Made by a program: the position numbers and the translations under genes. Shown here in pieces: positions 13,558 through 24,739 of a DNA stretch of 64,000 nucleotides. Location: positions 161,946,001-162,010,000 of the forward strand of contig NC_058368.1 of the NCBI RefSeq assembly GCF_018350175.1. The letters are read 5' to 3'. The notes under the pieces were generated by a model. The model saw only the letters and a list, made by a program, of their open reading frames with translations. It made no database searches and had not been told where the DNA came from. This DNA comes from Felis catus (Eukaryota). The first letter of the stretch is position 1; the number at the start of each line of letters is the position of its first letter.

Positions 13558-13603
13558 GCCCCTGTCCCCTGCTTGTGCTCTCTCTCTCTGCGAGATGAGA
13601 AAA
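13394..13603 (+). mobile_element. Can-SINE
   Basis: GGGGCCCATGGGTGGCTCAGTC head and (CT)n body. Confidence 0.9.
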
Positions 13604-14254
13604 ATATATATATATTAGGTAACAAAATGATTACATATGCGTATAAAATATTACATAATAGTGGTGAACATGTATAATTCCTAGTTTCCCCAACTTTTGT
13701 GACACTAATTTAAGAAATCAAATTCCTTTGTGGCTCCACTCTTTATTTTCTAGAATTAGTTTAAAAGTAGGCAACAAATACCCACTTGATTATTTTCCTT
13801 CACAAGGTATATTCATACACCATTACACATGAAACACTCATGACCCAATGTAATATATATTTTTAAAGAAAGTCCTAAAAAGAAAGAATAAATGTTATCC
13901 TATCGAATAATGTTGGTACCAAGTAGAAATGCTTATTTCTGAATAGGAATTTCATAGAAATGGATAACAGAAAAGAGTTACTTTTGCTCATACCACTTCA
14001 TGAAATGCTGTGGCTTTCCTTTCTATTTATCCAACTTCTAGCCAACATTTTTTTAAGACTCACCCTTTGCGTTGTTTGAGGATCCCTTTGATTATCTCAT
14101 CCTTCAAAGAGTTCTCATCTCTTTTAAGGAGCTAGTGTTACACTTGACTGTTAATTTACAGAACATAATTATCCATATGTATCCATCATACCTTGTCATA
14201 TCCTAATGACAAGAATTATAGGGTCTCTACTACACCCCATTCTCTGTCCTTAGT

Positions 14255-14625
14255 GTTTTACATATGTGCATTTATGTAATCTCCAAGCAACCCTAAGGGG
14301 GTAGATAAAATTATTAGCTGCTCTTTATAGTTAAGGATAGTAAGTCTGGGGCGCCTGGGTGGCTTAGTTGGTTAAGCATCCGACTTCAACTCAGGTCACG
14401 ATCTCGTGGTCCATGAATTTGAGCCCCACATCGGGCTCTGGACTGACGGCTCAGAGCCTGGAGCCTGCTTCGGATTCTGTGTCTCCCTCTCTCTCTGCCC
14501 CTCCCCCATTCATGCTCTGTCTCTCTCTGTCTCAAAAATAAATAAACGTTAAAAAAATTTTAAAAATGATAGTAAGTCTCAGAAAGGTTAAGAGTTTTGC
14601 TCAAAGTCATACAGCTAAGATGTGT
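14255..14625 (-). mobile_element. MIR interrupted by a Can-SINE
   Basis: TAATCTCCAAGCAACCCTAAGGGGGTAG...[SINE]...CTCAGAAAGGTTAAGAGTTTTGCTCAAAGTCATACAGCTA matches the MIR core. Confidence 0.7.
14348..14566 (+). mobile_element. Feline Can-SINE with TSD
   Basis: Complete element; TSD AA(G/T)GATAGTAAGTCT at 14333-14347 and 14565-14579. Confidence 0.95.
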
Positions 14626-14719
14626 CAGGATCCATATAACTTTATATTTTTAAACATTTTTCTCAAGCCACTGTATGTATTTAAGAATAAATATACTATA
14701 CCATACTTACTCATTGATG

Positions 14720-15430
14720 TCTACTGCAGGTTAAGAAAATATGCTCTGTCCCTTTAAAAAATATGTTGAAGACCTAACTCCTGGTACCTGTGAATGTGAT
14801 CTTATTTGGAAACAGAGTCTTAGCAGATGTCAAGTTGAGATGAGATCTTACTGGATTAATATGAGCCTTAATATAATCTGACTGATATCCTTAAAAGAAG
14901 AATTAAAGATACACAAAAACACAGAGGAATGAATGCCATGTGAAGACCATGGCAGAGACTAGAATGTTGCATCTACAAGCCACGGAGCTCCGTGGTTTGA
15001 TTACTAGCAAACACTAGAAGCTAGGAAGAGGCATGGAAGGATTCTTCTCTAGATTTTTTAAAGGAATTAGAGGCCTGCAGATATCTTGTGTGTGTATTTG
15101 TTTGTTTTGAGAGAGAGACAGAGAGACAGAGAGAGAGAATGAGCAGGAGAGGAGCAGAGAGAGAGGGAGAGAAACAGAATCCCAACCAAGGTCTGCACTG
15201 TCAGTGCAGAGCCCGATGGCAGTGCTTGAACCTGCAGACCTGTGAGATGATGACCTGAGCTAAATCAAGAGTCGGATGTTCAACTGACTGAGCCACTCAG
15301 GTGACCCAAGGCCTGCAGATATCTCAGTTTCACACATCTGGCCTCCAAACTGTGAGAGAATACATTTCTGTTGTTTTAAGCCACCTGGTTTGTGGCACAT
15401 TGTCATGGCAGCCTTAAGAGACTAATAAAC
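14720..15430 (+). mobile_element. MLT1C-like MaLR LTR containing a SINE
   Basis: GAATGTGATCTTATTTGGAAACAG...AGAAGCTAGGAAGAGGCATGGAAGGATTCT...TTTCTGTTGTTTTAAGCCACC. Confidence 0.85.
15087..15308 (-). mobile_element. Can-SINE with perfect 16-bp TSD
   Basis: AGGCCTGCAGATATCT at 15071-15086 and 15309-15324. Confidence 0.93.
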
Positions 15431-15530
15431 TATCTTTAGAATCTTTATTAATTAATTTAGAACTCTGAAATTCTTTTAGGCCGCAACATTTTTAATTTTA
15501 ATTTTTTTTAGTTAACAATATTATCTGAAA

Positions 15531-15740
15531 GGTCGCCTGGGTGACTCAGTTGATTGTCTGTCTCTTGATTTTGGCTCAGGTATTGATCTCATTGTTCTTG
15601 AGATCAGGCCCTGCTTCGGGCTCTGCACTGAGAGTATGGAGCCTGCTTGGGATTCTATCTCTCCCTCTCTTTGCCCCTGCCCTGCTCACATGCTCTCTCT
15701 CTTTCAAAACAAACAAACAAACAAACAAACAAACAAACAC
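15531..15740 (+). mobile_element. Can-SINE with (CAAA)n tail
   Basis: GGTCGCCTGGGTGACTCAG head; ACAATATTAT on both flanks. Confidence 0.9.
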
Positions 15741-18363
15741 AATATTATATTAAAATTTCCACAAACCTTAATATTAAAATAAACAAATAAACAAGGAAGT
15801 AGCCATAAAGATTTCTGCTGACCTTTCTTGTGCCACTCTCTGTGTCCTAGGGCTTCCTAGAGCACAGTGGTGAAAAAGAACAGATCCAATTTAATGTTCT
15901 TATTTAATTAATGTGTGAAATGAGGCTTAGAGGAGTTGGAATGTCATCCCAACTGATGGTGGCAGACTACCTATTCCAATATAGATGTCTTTTTCACTGC
16001 TTTATAATTTTCTCCAATGTGCTGGGCTTCAATTTAAAGACTTATTTTTTAAAAATAGCTCTTATTGATTTTGTAATCATAAAATAATACATTTAATATC
16101 ATGAAAATTTATCAAATCAAAAAAAGAAATTTAAAGCCTAATTAACACTTTACAAAAGAGCCTTGAATATTTCGTGAATTTACATACGAGCACTTCACTC
16201 CCAAATTAAACCCTGAGGTTGCTGTTGACTAAATCATAAAGTGGTCTCACAGTCAAAGGAATACAATCAATCCAGCTAAGGCATGTACACAGAAATAATG
16301 CTTCCTTTTTGCTTCTTCCATAATTGACCAAATTGTGAAAATTCTCTTTTTATATTTCTTCTCAGCTTGCAGTCTCTTACATTCTGCAACCACCAAGCAT
16401 CTTCATTCTCATCCTCTACCTTCCACAAATCATTCACTGTCTCTCACCACAAACCACACCTCTTTTATCCACCTCCCTCCCTTAGTCTGTCTCTCCTCCG
16501 GATTCTTTGTCGCAAAATGTAGGAAATGTTCTTACAGAAACAAATCTACACAGAATGTGTAAATAGCCTAAGCAGATATATTTTGTCTAATCCTGTGATT
16601 TATACACACACACACATTTACTAATTTGAATCATATTTCAATCAGAAACATTTCTATTATCACGAAGTTTTCTCCTAGAAGTGTGTTTTGTTTATCCTTT
16701 TAAACTACTTTTTCTCATTACAAAATCAAGAAATATTATAGTCTATTATCCCTTAATTTATGCAGAGGATGAAGCAGATGTATTTACGCTATATGTATGT
16801 AAAGATATATATCATTTATCATAACATATCAAGTTTGTTTTAAGTACATGAATACAATATACACTAGTGTAAGATTCTAAACCATGCAAAAATGCGTGAG
16901 TAAAACTTCTGTTGTCATTTCTTGGATGCAGAGAGCCTGAAGGTGCTTCACTCTCATATTTACAATGAAAAAACAACAAATAAACTTTAAGTTATGGCTG
17001 GTTTTGAACCTATTATAGATGTAAGTTCTCTGAGAAACCAGTGTTCTGAAATCTAATGAGAGATAGCAACCTGAAGGGAGACAGGAGAGGTGAGCCCTGG
17101 CTCACTTGTTATTACAAATGGAATTCAGTATAAATGACAAATTGTTGAAAGCTGCATTTGGAATGTTCACCAATACTGGAGGACTTTACATCAGTTGAAG
17201 GCAATTCTCAACAAACCTCAATGGGTATTCTCAGAAAAGATAAGAATGAGCTGTAAGAAAGTTTCCATTCAGTGGGGGGAGGGGAGCATCACGTATATGG
17301 GATGGACAAGAAACTCCACTTGGACTCCTCTCCTCTATGTCCACTATGAAATAAAAGCCTTAATCTGTGACAGAGGTGGGCAAAATATACCACCATCATT
17401 AGGGCACTGGTGACATTTTATTACATACAGGGAAGGAAATAATGGGAAAAAAATTACTCCTAGGCCCATGGAAGACTAAGCACTGGTCTCAGAATTGAAC
17501 TAAGGGAGGGAAAGAGAAATATGAATACAACATTCCCCAAATGCAAGACATTATGACTAACACTAAAGTTTAATTAAGCTGACAGTTTGCCCCTCAAGTC
17601 CTCACAAGCCAAGCTGGCAAACTTTGAAAAACAATTAACAGTTGGAAATCAAGAATGAAGAACAGGAGAGCATGCAAAAAACACTTTCTGAAGCACAGAG
17701 CAAAAAGACAAAGGCTCAGGGTCATGCAAACATTGTTCTGGCAAACCAGTCCACACCCTACAGACTTGATGTATCAGGATGCAATTCCCTAATGAGTTTT
17801 AGAAGATCTGTGCAGGGATTCTCTGCATTATTTTTGCAACTCGTCTATAAATCTAAAATTATCTCAAAATAAACATTTGAAATGAGTCAAAATCTGAACT
17901 ACAAGAAAGGGAATGTGTTTCTATTCATTCCATGTTTAACATCTTGTAAGAAAAAATATGTATGCATATATATACATAATCTCAAATGCCACTGATTGTA
18001 TCATATAAATATTATGAATTTGTGACCATCAGAATACATATAGGTCCATGCATTTAAGAAGCTTAATTATATTCCATTATGTTATGCTGACTAATTTTCT
18101 GTATTTCCTCAATTATATTCCTATTCTTTTTGCTCTCATCTATTTCACAGAATGGCTGAAATTCAGCAAGTTCCATTTCCTAAACTCTGTGCAATTAGGT
18201 TTCAGGATAGATTCTACCTGTGGGAAATTTGGAGTATTATCTGTATTCCTGATTGGACATTAACTGATACATGTGATTGAATTATCATTTGCTTAATCAA
18301 TTCTTTTTAGAGTGATAATAAGCAGATTTTCTTGTCCTTTTATCTTCTATGAAGAATGCTAAC

Positions 18364-18559
18364 GGGTACCTGGATAGTTCAGTCGATTATGCATCCCACT
18401 CTTGATTTCTGCTCAGATTATGATTTCATGGTTGGTGAGTTTGACCCCAGTGTCAGGTCTATGCTGCTTGGGATTCTCTCTCTCCCTCTCTGTCTGCCCT
18501 TCACCCACTCCTGCTCTCTTTCAAAAATAAATAAATAAATAAATAAATGAATAAATGAA

Positions 18560-18590
<31 letters not shown>
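18364..18590 (+). mobile_element. Can-SINE with (TAAA)n tail
   Basis: GGGTACCTGGATAGTTCAG head; AAGAATGCT on both flanks. Confidence 0.88.
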
Positions 18591-18946
18591 ATTCTTAATT
18601 CTTAAAAAAAAGAATGCTGTAACACAGATACATATGTACTTGCGAATTTCTTTAGAATTGTTTCTTAAAAAGGAATAAGTAGATTATGAGAATGATCATT
18701 TTAGTTTTTAAAAATATTCACACCCCATCTTCTTCTAGAAATGTGAAGTGCATTTTTGCTCTCTCAAGCAGTATACTGTTGTGTCATTGTGAATAAGATA
18801 GAATACAATGGACCTGGACTAATCTTCAATTCGTGAAAATTGGGGTGCTTTGAAATGTATGACTCAAAGATCTGAAATTTTAAAGAAACATTTTATAAAG
18901 ACAGAGTTTTTAAAATATAAAATACAAATTTCAAAACAATAATTCT

Positions 18947-19164
18947 GGGGGCGCCTGGGTGGCTCAGTCTGTTAAGCATCCGACTTCGGCTCAGGTCATG
19001 ATCTCGCGGTTCGTGAGTTCAAGCCCCGCGTCGGGTTCTGTGCTGATGGTTCAGAGCCTGGAGCCTGTTTCAGATTCTGTGTCTCCCTCTCTCTCTGACC
19101 CTCCCCCGTTCATGCTCTGTCTCTCTCTGTCTCAAAAATAAATAAAGGTTAAAAAAATTAAAAA
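18947..19164 (+). mobile_element. Feline Can-SINE with TSD
   Basis: TSD AAAACAATAATTCT at 18933-18946 and 19165-19178. Confidence 0.95.
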
Positions 19165-19319
19165 AAAACAATAATTCTGATGTTTTGACTTCTCTTTTAC
19201 TGGATCATTAATCATACTGTAGGTGATTAGACTGGTAAGAGGCAGATTGGCTGTAGAAATACAACTTATTACCTTTAAAAGTTTAGAATTTCAGTGTACA
19301 GGTATTTGACTCTTCTCAG

Positions 19320-19500
19320 TGATGTGCAAAACACGTGAGAGAAGCCTTCAAGAGGAATGTAAGCAAATCTGACTGTAACCGTGTGAGTTCACCAAGGAGA
19401 ATTGCCTAGATGAACCTAGACATCTTCCAGATTCACAAGCAAACTATGTGATGGTTATTGCTTTCAGTCAGTGCTTTGAAGCCATAGATAACTGAAAGAG
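19320..19500 (+). mobile_element. Old MLT1 (H/J-like) LTR 3' fragment
   Basis: Ends GGTTATTGCTTTCAGTCA...GCCATAGATAACTGAAA, similar to old MLT1 3' ends. Confidence 0.45.
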
Positions 19501-20314
19501 TGAATTTTTTTAGAATCATCCCTAAGATTTTTACTGCATTTGGAAACATGACCTTCCGTTCCAATTAAGTTAACAACCTTCAATCTTAAACTCCTTGAAG
19601 TGATGTTTCTGTGGTCTTCTCTCTATTTTATTCTGAGATGATCTTCCTGTATCTCAGAGCCTTTAGCTTTACCGACAACTAAATTTGTCAAAACTCTTAT
19701 CTTTCCTCCTGAATTCGATTGAGTAGCTTAAAGTAATGGAAAACAGTTCTGCGTGAATCATCTTTCTGAAGCCTTCATTTAAGCAGGTTTCCTGGTAATC
19801 TCCTTCATTTGCTTGGGTGTTTTTTAACAGAAGACATTTTAGCTGTGATGCTCAAATCAATACTGTGCTCTCTATTTTAAACAGCAAGAAAAGCTCTAAT
19901 CAAATGCTTAGATAACTACAGACTATTATCTTCACTTCTTGGTCATCCTTTTCCTTTCAAAACCTTAGACGAAGTGTGCAGTATCTGTACAAACCATAAG
20001 GACATTGGAGCCCATATTATCAAATTTTATTTTCAGCCTTACTACTGATTCACTGTTAGACACCCGACAAACTGCTCAAACTTGCAAGACATTAAATAAT
20101 ACATTAGAAATATAGGCCCTTCATTTATACCATGTGTTTATCCCTCCATTCTTAGTCTGTGTACAATGAAAAGTGTTTTTTGAAGAGCCTAAAAATTAAT
20201 GTGTAGCAACTTCTAAGTGTGACATCACCTCAAATCTCAAAAGCTAAAACAGAAAAAAGCACTGTCAGTTGCATACAGAAGTCATTGAGAGGTGCCATAA
20301 GAAAGAAGGAGGTT

Positions 20315-20530
20315 GGGGCGCCTGGGTGGCTCAGTCGGTTAAGCATCCGACTTCGGCTCAGGTCACGATCTCGCGGTCTGTGAGTTCGAGCCCCGCGTCA
20401 GGCTCTGGGCTGATGGCTCAGAGCCTGGAGCCTGCTTCTGATTCTGTGTCTCCCTCTCTCTCTGCCCCTTCCCTGTTCATTCTCTGTCTCTCTCTGTCTC
20501 AAAAATAAATAAAACGTTAAAAAAAAAACA
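20315..20530 (+). mobile_element. Feline Can-SINE with TSD
   Basis: TSD AAGAAAGAAGGAGGT at 20299-20313 and 20531-20545. Confidence 0.95.
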
Positions 20531-21063
20531 AAGAAAGAAGGAGGTAAACTTAGCTTTCCTCCTTTCAGTTCTGAAGTGACTTGTTCTTCAGAATAATCTC
20601 CTTTTAAAAGATGTTTTTCCTGGCTCTTTCTTGCCTTCTGACATCAGAAATTACAGTCAAAAAGGGAGAAAGAATACTTAAGTAATGGTGTCAGGAAATG
20701 GTAGTAAATTGTTCTTTAACAGCTGTGTGTCATATACTTAGTAAAGCAAAAACTGAATTAAAATAGGAAACATATTTCATAATACGTGTCATTATTCTCA
20801 TCCTCTAAATTGATGTTAACAACATAAGATACATGAAGACTTTAAACACTCCTTGATCAACTCATTTACTTATTTTATCAACCAACTCCTTAGCCAATTT
20901 ATTAATTATGCCAATTTTTAACAATGGGCCATCTGAAGACCCAAGGTGATGGAAATGGGATGCAAATTGTTTTATTTGCATCCGTCAAATTGCACTACCA
21001 AAATTTTAAATAAGCACAAAATAACTAAATACCTACAAATCATGACATTACTAATTCATTCTC

Positions 21064-21282
21064 TTTTATTTTTTAAATTAATTTATTTTGAGAAAGGCAG
21101 AGAGTATGAGCTGGGAAAGGGCAGAAAGAGGGAGAGAGAGAGAAAGAGAGAGAATCCCAAGCAGGCTCTTCAGAGTCAGTGCAGAGCCCAATGTGGAGCT
21201 CAAACTCATGAAACCATGAGATCATGACCTGAGCTGAAATCAAAAGTCAGAGGCTTAACCAATTGAGGCACCCAGGTGCCCC
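21064..21282 (-). mobile_element. Can-SINE with TSD
   Basis: TSD ACTAATTCATTCTC at 21050-21063 and 21283-21296. Confidence 0.93.
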
Positions 21283-21693
21283 ACTAATTCATTCTCAGTA
21301 GATGATGCCAAATGTGAAATTCTATAAAATTCTGGAAGATCATAAATCATCTAGACATCAACCAATTGTGAATTGAACTTAATTTTTAGTACTCAGACAC
21401 AAATAGTCATCTTTTTAAAGGTGATTAAATAAATAAGTATACAGTCACGTGAAAGAATATTCATCACATATTAAATGAAAATAATTTTAAACAATAATAA
21501 ATTGTACATGTCCCTATGACAATGATGGAATAAAAGAGACTAGATTTAGCCTCCAATATTGAAATAAAACTGGAAAGCTGTGTAAAATATATGAACGATC
21601 AGTTTTCAGATATTAGCATGAAACAAAAGAATGATATCTGAGAGAAAGGCTTAAGGAAACCTAAAAACTATTACACATATTAAAAAGCATTTA

Positions 21694-23170
21694 TTTTACT
21701 TTAATTAATTAATTAATTAATTAATAATTAATTTTAATATGAAATTAATTGTCAAATTGGTTTCCCAGTGCTCATCCCAAAAGGTGCCCTCCCCAATACC
21801 CATCACCCAGCCACCCCTCTTTCCCAACCCCCATAAACCCTCAGTTTGTTCTCAGTTTTTTAGGAGTCCCTTATGCTTTGGCTCCCTCCCTCTCTAACCA
21901 TTTTTTTTCCCTTCCCCTCCCCCATGGTCTTCTGTCAAGTCTCTCAGGATCCACATAGGAGTGAAAACATGTGGAATCTGTCCTTCTCTGTATGACTTAT
22001 TTCACTTAGCATAACACTCTCCAGTTCCATACACGTTGCTACAAAAGGCCATATTTCATTCTTTCTCATTGCCATGTAGTATCCTATTGTGTATATAAAC
22101 CACAATTTCTTTATCCATTCATCAGTTGATGGACATTTAGGCTCTTTCCATAATTTGGCTATTGTTGAGAGTGCTGGTATGAACATTGGGGTACAAGTGC
22201 CCCTATGCATCAGCACTCCTGTATCCCTTCGGTAAATTCCTAGCAGTGCTACTGCTGGGTCATAGGGTAGGTCTATTTTTAATTTTTTTAAGGAAACTCC
22301 ACATTGTTTTCCAGAGCGGCTGCACCATTTTGCATTCCCACCAACAGTGCAAGAGGGTTCCCATTTCTCCACATACTCTCCAGTATCTATAGTCTCCTGA
22401 TTTGTTCATTTTGGCCACTCTGACTGGTGTGAGGTGATATCTGAGTGTGGTTTTGATTTTTATTTCCCCGATGACAAGAGACATTGAGCATCTTTTCATG
22501 TGCCTGTTGGCCATCCGAATGTCTTCTTTAGAGAAGTGTCTATTCATGTTTTCTGCCCATTTCTCACTGGATTATTTGTTTTTCGGCTGTGGAGTTTGGT
22601 GAGCTCTTTATAGATTTTGGATACTAGCCCTTTGTCCAATATGTCATTTGCAAATATATTTTCCCATTCTGTTGTTTGCCTTTTAGTTTTGTTGGTTGTT
22701 TCCTTTGCTGTGCAGAAGCTTTTTATCTTCATGAAGTCCCAGTAGTTCATTTTTGCTTTCAATTCCCTTGTCTTTGGGGATGTGTCAAGTAAGAAATTTC
22801 TGCGGCTGAGGTCAGAGAGGTTTTTTCCTGCTTTCTCCTATGGGGTTTTGATGGTTTCCTGTCTCACATTCAGGTCCTTTATCCATTTTGCGTTTGTTTT
22901 TGTGAATGGTGTAAGAAAGTGGTCTAGTTTCATCCTTCTGCATGTTGCTGTCCAGTTCTCCCAGCACCATTTTTTAAAGAGACTGTGTTTTTTCCATTGG
23001 ATATTCTTACATGCTTTGTCAAAGATTAGTTGGCCATACTTTTGTGGGTCTAGTTCTGGGGTTTCTATTCTATTCCATTGGTCTGTGTGTCTGTTTTTGT
23101 GCCATTACCATGTTGTCTTGATGATGACAGCTTTGTAGTAGAGGCTAAAGTCTGGGATTGTGATGCCTCC
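21694..23170 (-). mobile_element. 5'-truncated feline L1 (ORF2 C-terminus plus 3'UTR) with TSD
   Basis: Minus ORFs 22260-22547 ([19 protein letters not shown]) and 21944-22372 ([14 protein letters not shown]); perfect 14-bp TSD TTAAAAAGCATTTA at 21680-21693 and 23171-23184. Confidence 0.95.
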
Positions 23171-23189
23171 TTAAAAAGCATTTAAATGC

Positions 23190-24128
23190 ATGCCAGGACA
23201 GTGTCCAAACTAATGAAAAGAATACAACAAACCCCTGGACCCAACAATGTAAAATTCACAATGTATATTATCCGATCAAAAGTTACCAGACATGCAAAAA
23301 AGCAGAAAATTAAGACTCAACCGGGAGAAAAATCAATTACTAGAAATAGAACTGAAAATCATAAAGATAAAAGAATTATCAAACAGAGATGTGAAAAAAA
23401 ATATGCATTTATAAATATGTTCCACACATTAGAGAGTAGAGAGGGGCACCTGGCTAGTTCAGTTGCTTAAACAACCGACTCTTGATTTCAGCTCAGGTCA
23501 TGATCTCACAGTTCGTGAGTTCATGCCCTGTGTTGGGCTCCACACTGACAGTGCAGAGCCTGTTTGGGATTCTCTCTCTCCCTCTCTCTATGCCTCTCCT
23601 CACTCTCTGTCTCTCTTTTTCTCAAAATAAATAAATAAAATTAAAAGAAGAAAGTAGTAAAAAGGTGAATATGATGATTAGACATATGGAAGATATATGG
23701 GAAAAACTCAAATGAACTTCCATAGATTTAGAATCTATGAAGTGAAAAGTACACTGAATTGGATTAACAGCAGTTAGATACCACAGAAGACACTAGTGGC
23801 ACTGAAGAAAAAAAAATAGAAAATATCCAAAATGAAACACACAGAGAAAATAAGAGTTAAAAAAATGAACAAAGCCTTGTGATAAGTGGGACAATCACGT
23901 CATCCAGTACGTGTTTAATGGTCTCAGAAGGAAAGGAGAGATAGGAGGACACACAATAAATGAAGAAATATAGGCTTTTAGTGAAGTTCACTTGTAGATG
24001 ATATCATGGTCTACATAAAAAATATCTTAAGGAATATCCTAAAAAGATCTATGAAAACTATGAAATGTTTTAATCAGTTTGCAGGATGCAAGCATCAAAC
24101 AAATAAAAAATTAAATTAACAAAAATCA
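23190..24128 (+). mobile_element. Old L1 (L1M) ORF1 region plus a short ORF2 RT fragment
   Basis: AAAAGTTACCAGACATGCAAAAAAGCAG and GGATTAACAGCAGTTAGATACCACAGAAGA are old-L1 ORF1 signatures; GTAGATGATATCATGGTCTAC resembles the ADDMIVY motif. Confidence 0.65.
23443..23650 (+). mobile_element. Can-SINE
   Basis: GGGGCACCTGGCTAGTTCAG head, CT-rich body and A tail. Confidence 0.9.
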
Positions 24129-24146
24129 GCCCCCAAACCAGTAGCA

Positions 24147-24685
24147 CTTAAAACATATAAAAGAAACCCAAAGAGGAAATAACATGTGGAGTTTGCTGAA
24201 AAACATTCGAATGCAAAGATTATCTTAAGCCACACATTTTCCTGCCCCATAAAAGGATGCATGTCAATGCCCAGAAGGCTGTGATAGAACCTACACAACT
24301 ACATTGAATTTCCATAGCCATGTTCTCTCTTTGTATAAAGAAAACATCTATGTATGTGTGAACATGCTAGATGTGGTAAAAGATTTGCAATCCATGAGTC
24401 TCAGTAGGTGTGTTCTATGCTTGACCCGCTGGGAAGAAAATGAAGATCAAATTAAAATCATCTCATGAAAAATAAGCTTGTACTCTCATCTCAGTGGATC
24501 TATTCCATCTAAAAGCAAGCAAGAACAAGGCTTATCTCTGCCTGTAAACAGAGTCCCTGTATTGAAGACAAGGTGCTCTCTATAGTTGCAATACTTATTC
24601 TTAGCTAAATATCAGATTGCTTCATTTAAAGGACTACAGAGGAGCACATTTTTTTTAATTAAAATGACTGAATCGGAAAAAAAAA
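24147..24685 (+). pseudogene. GTF3A: 5'-truncated processed pseudogene of transcription factor IIIA (end of zinc finger 6, fingers 7-9, C-terminus, 3'UTR, poly-A)
   Basis: Manual translation across frameshifts gives EEITCGVC*KTFECKDYLKPH / DACQCPEGCDRTYTTTLNFHSHVLSLYKE / EHARCGKRFAI / KKMKIKLKSSHEK / SHLSGSIPSKSKQEQGLSL / CIEDKVLSIVAILILS*. This is collinear with my recall of human TFIIIA ([21 protein letters not shown]...[26 protein letters not shown]...SHLSGYIPPKRKQGQGLSL...CVEDKMLSTVAVLTLG). Stop TAA 24606-24608, ATTAAA 24658-24663, A run 24677-24685. Confidence 0.9.
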
Positions 24686-24739
24686 GAATTAAACATAGTC
24701 TAGGAATGGCTAAAAAATGTATACAATTTAGAACACACA

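Noticed and set aside
18959..19141. Similar ORFs MAQSVKHPTSAQV... here and at 20269-20508 as a gene family
   Set aside because: They are translations of Can-SINE copies
21700..21740. (TTAA)n palindromic run
   Set aside because: Microsatellite derived from the poly-A tail of the adjacent L1
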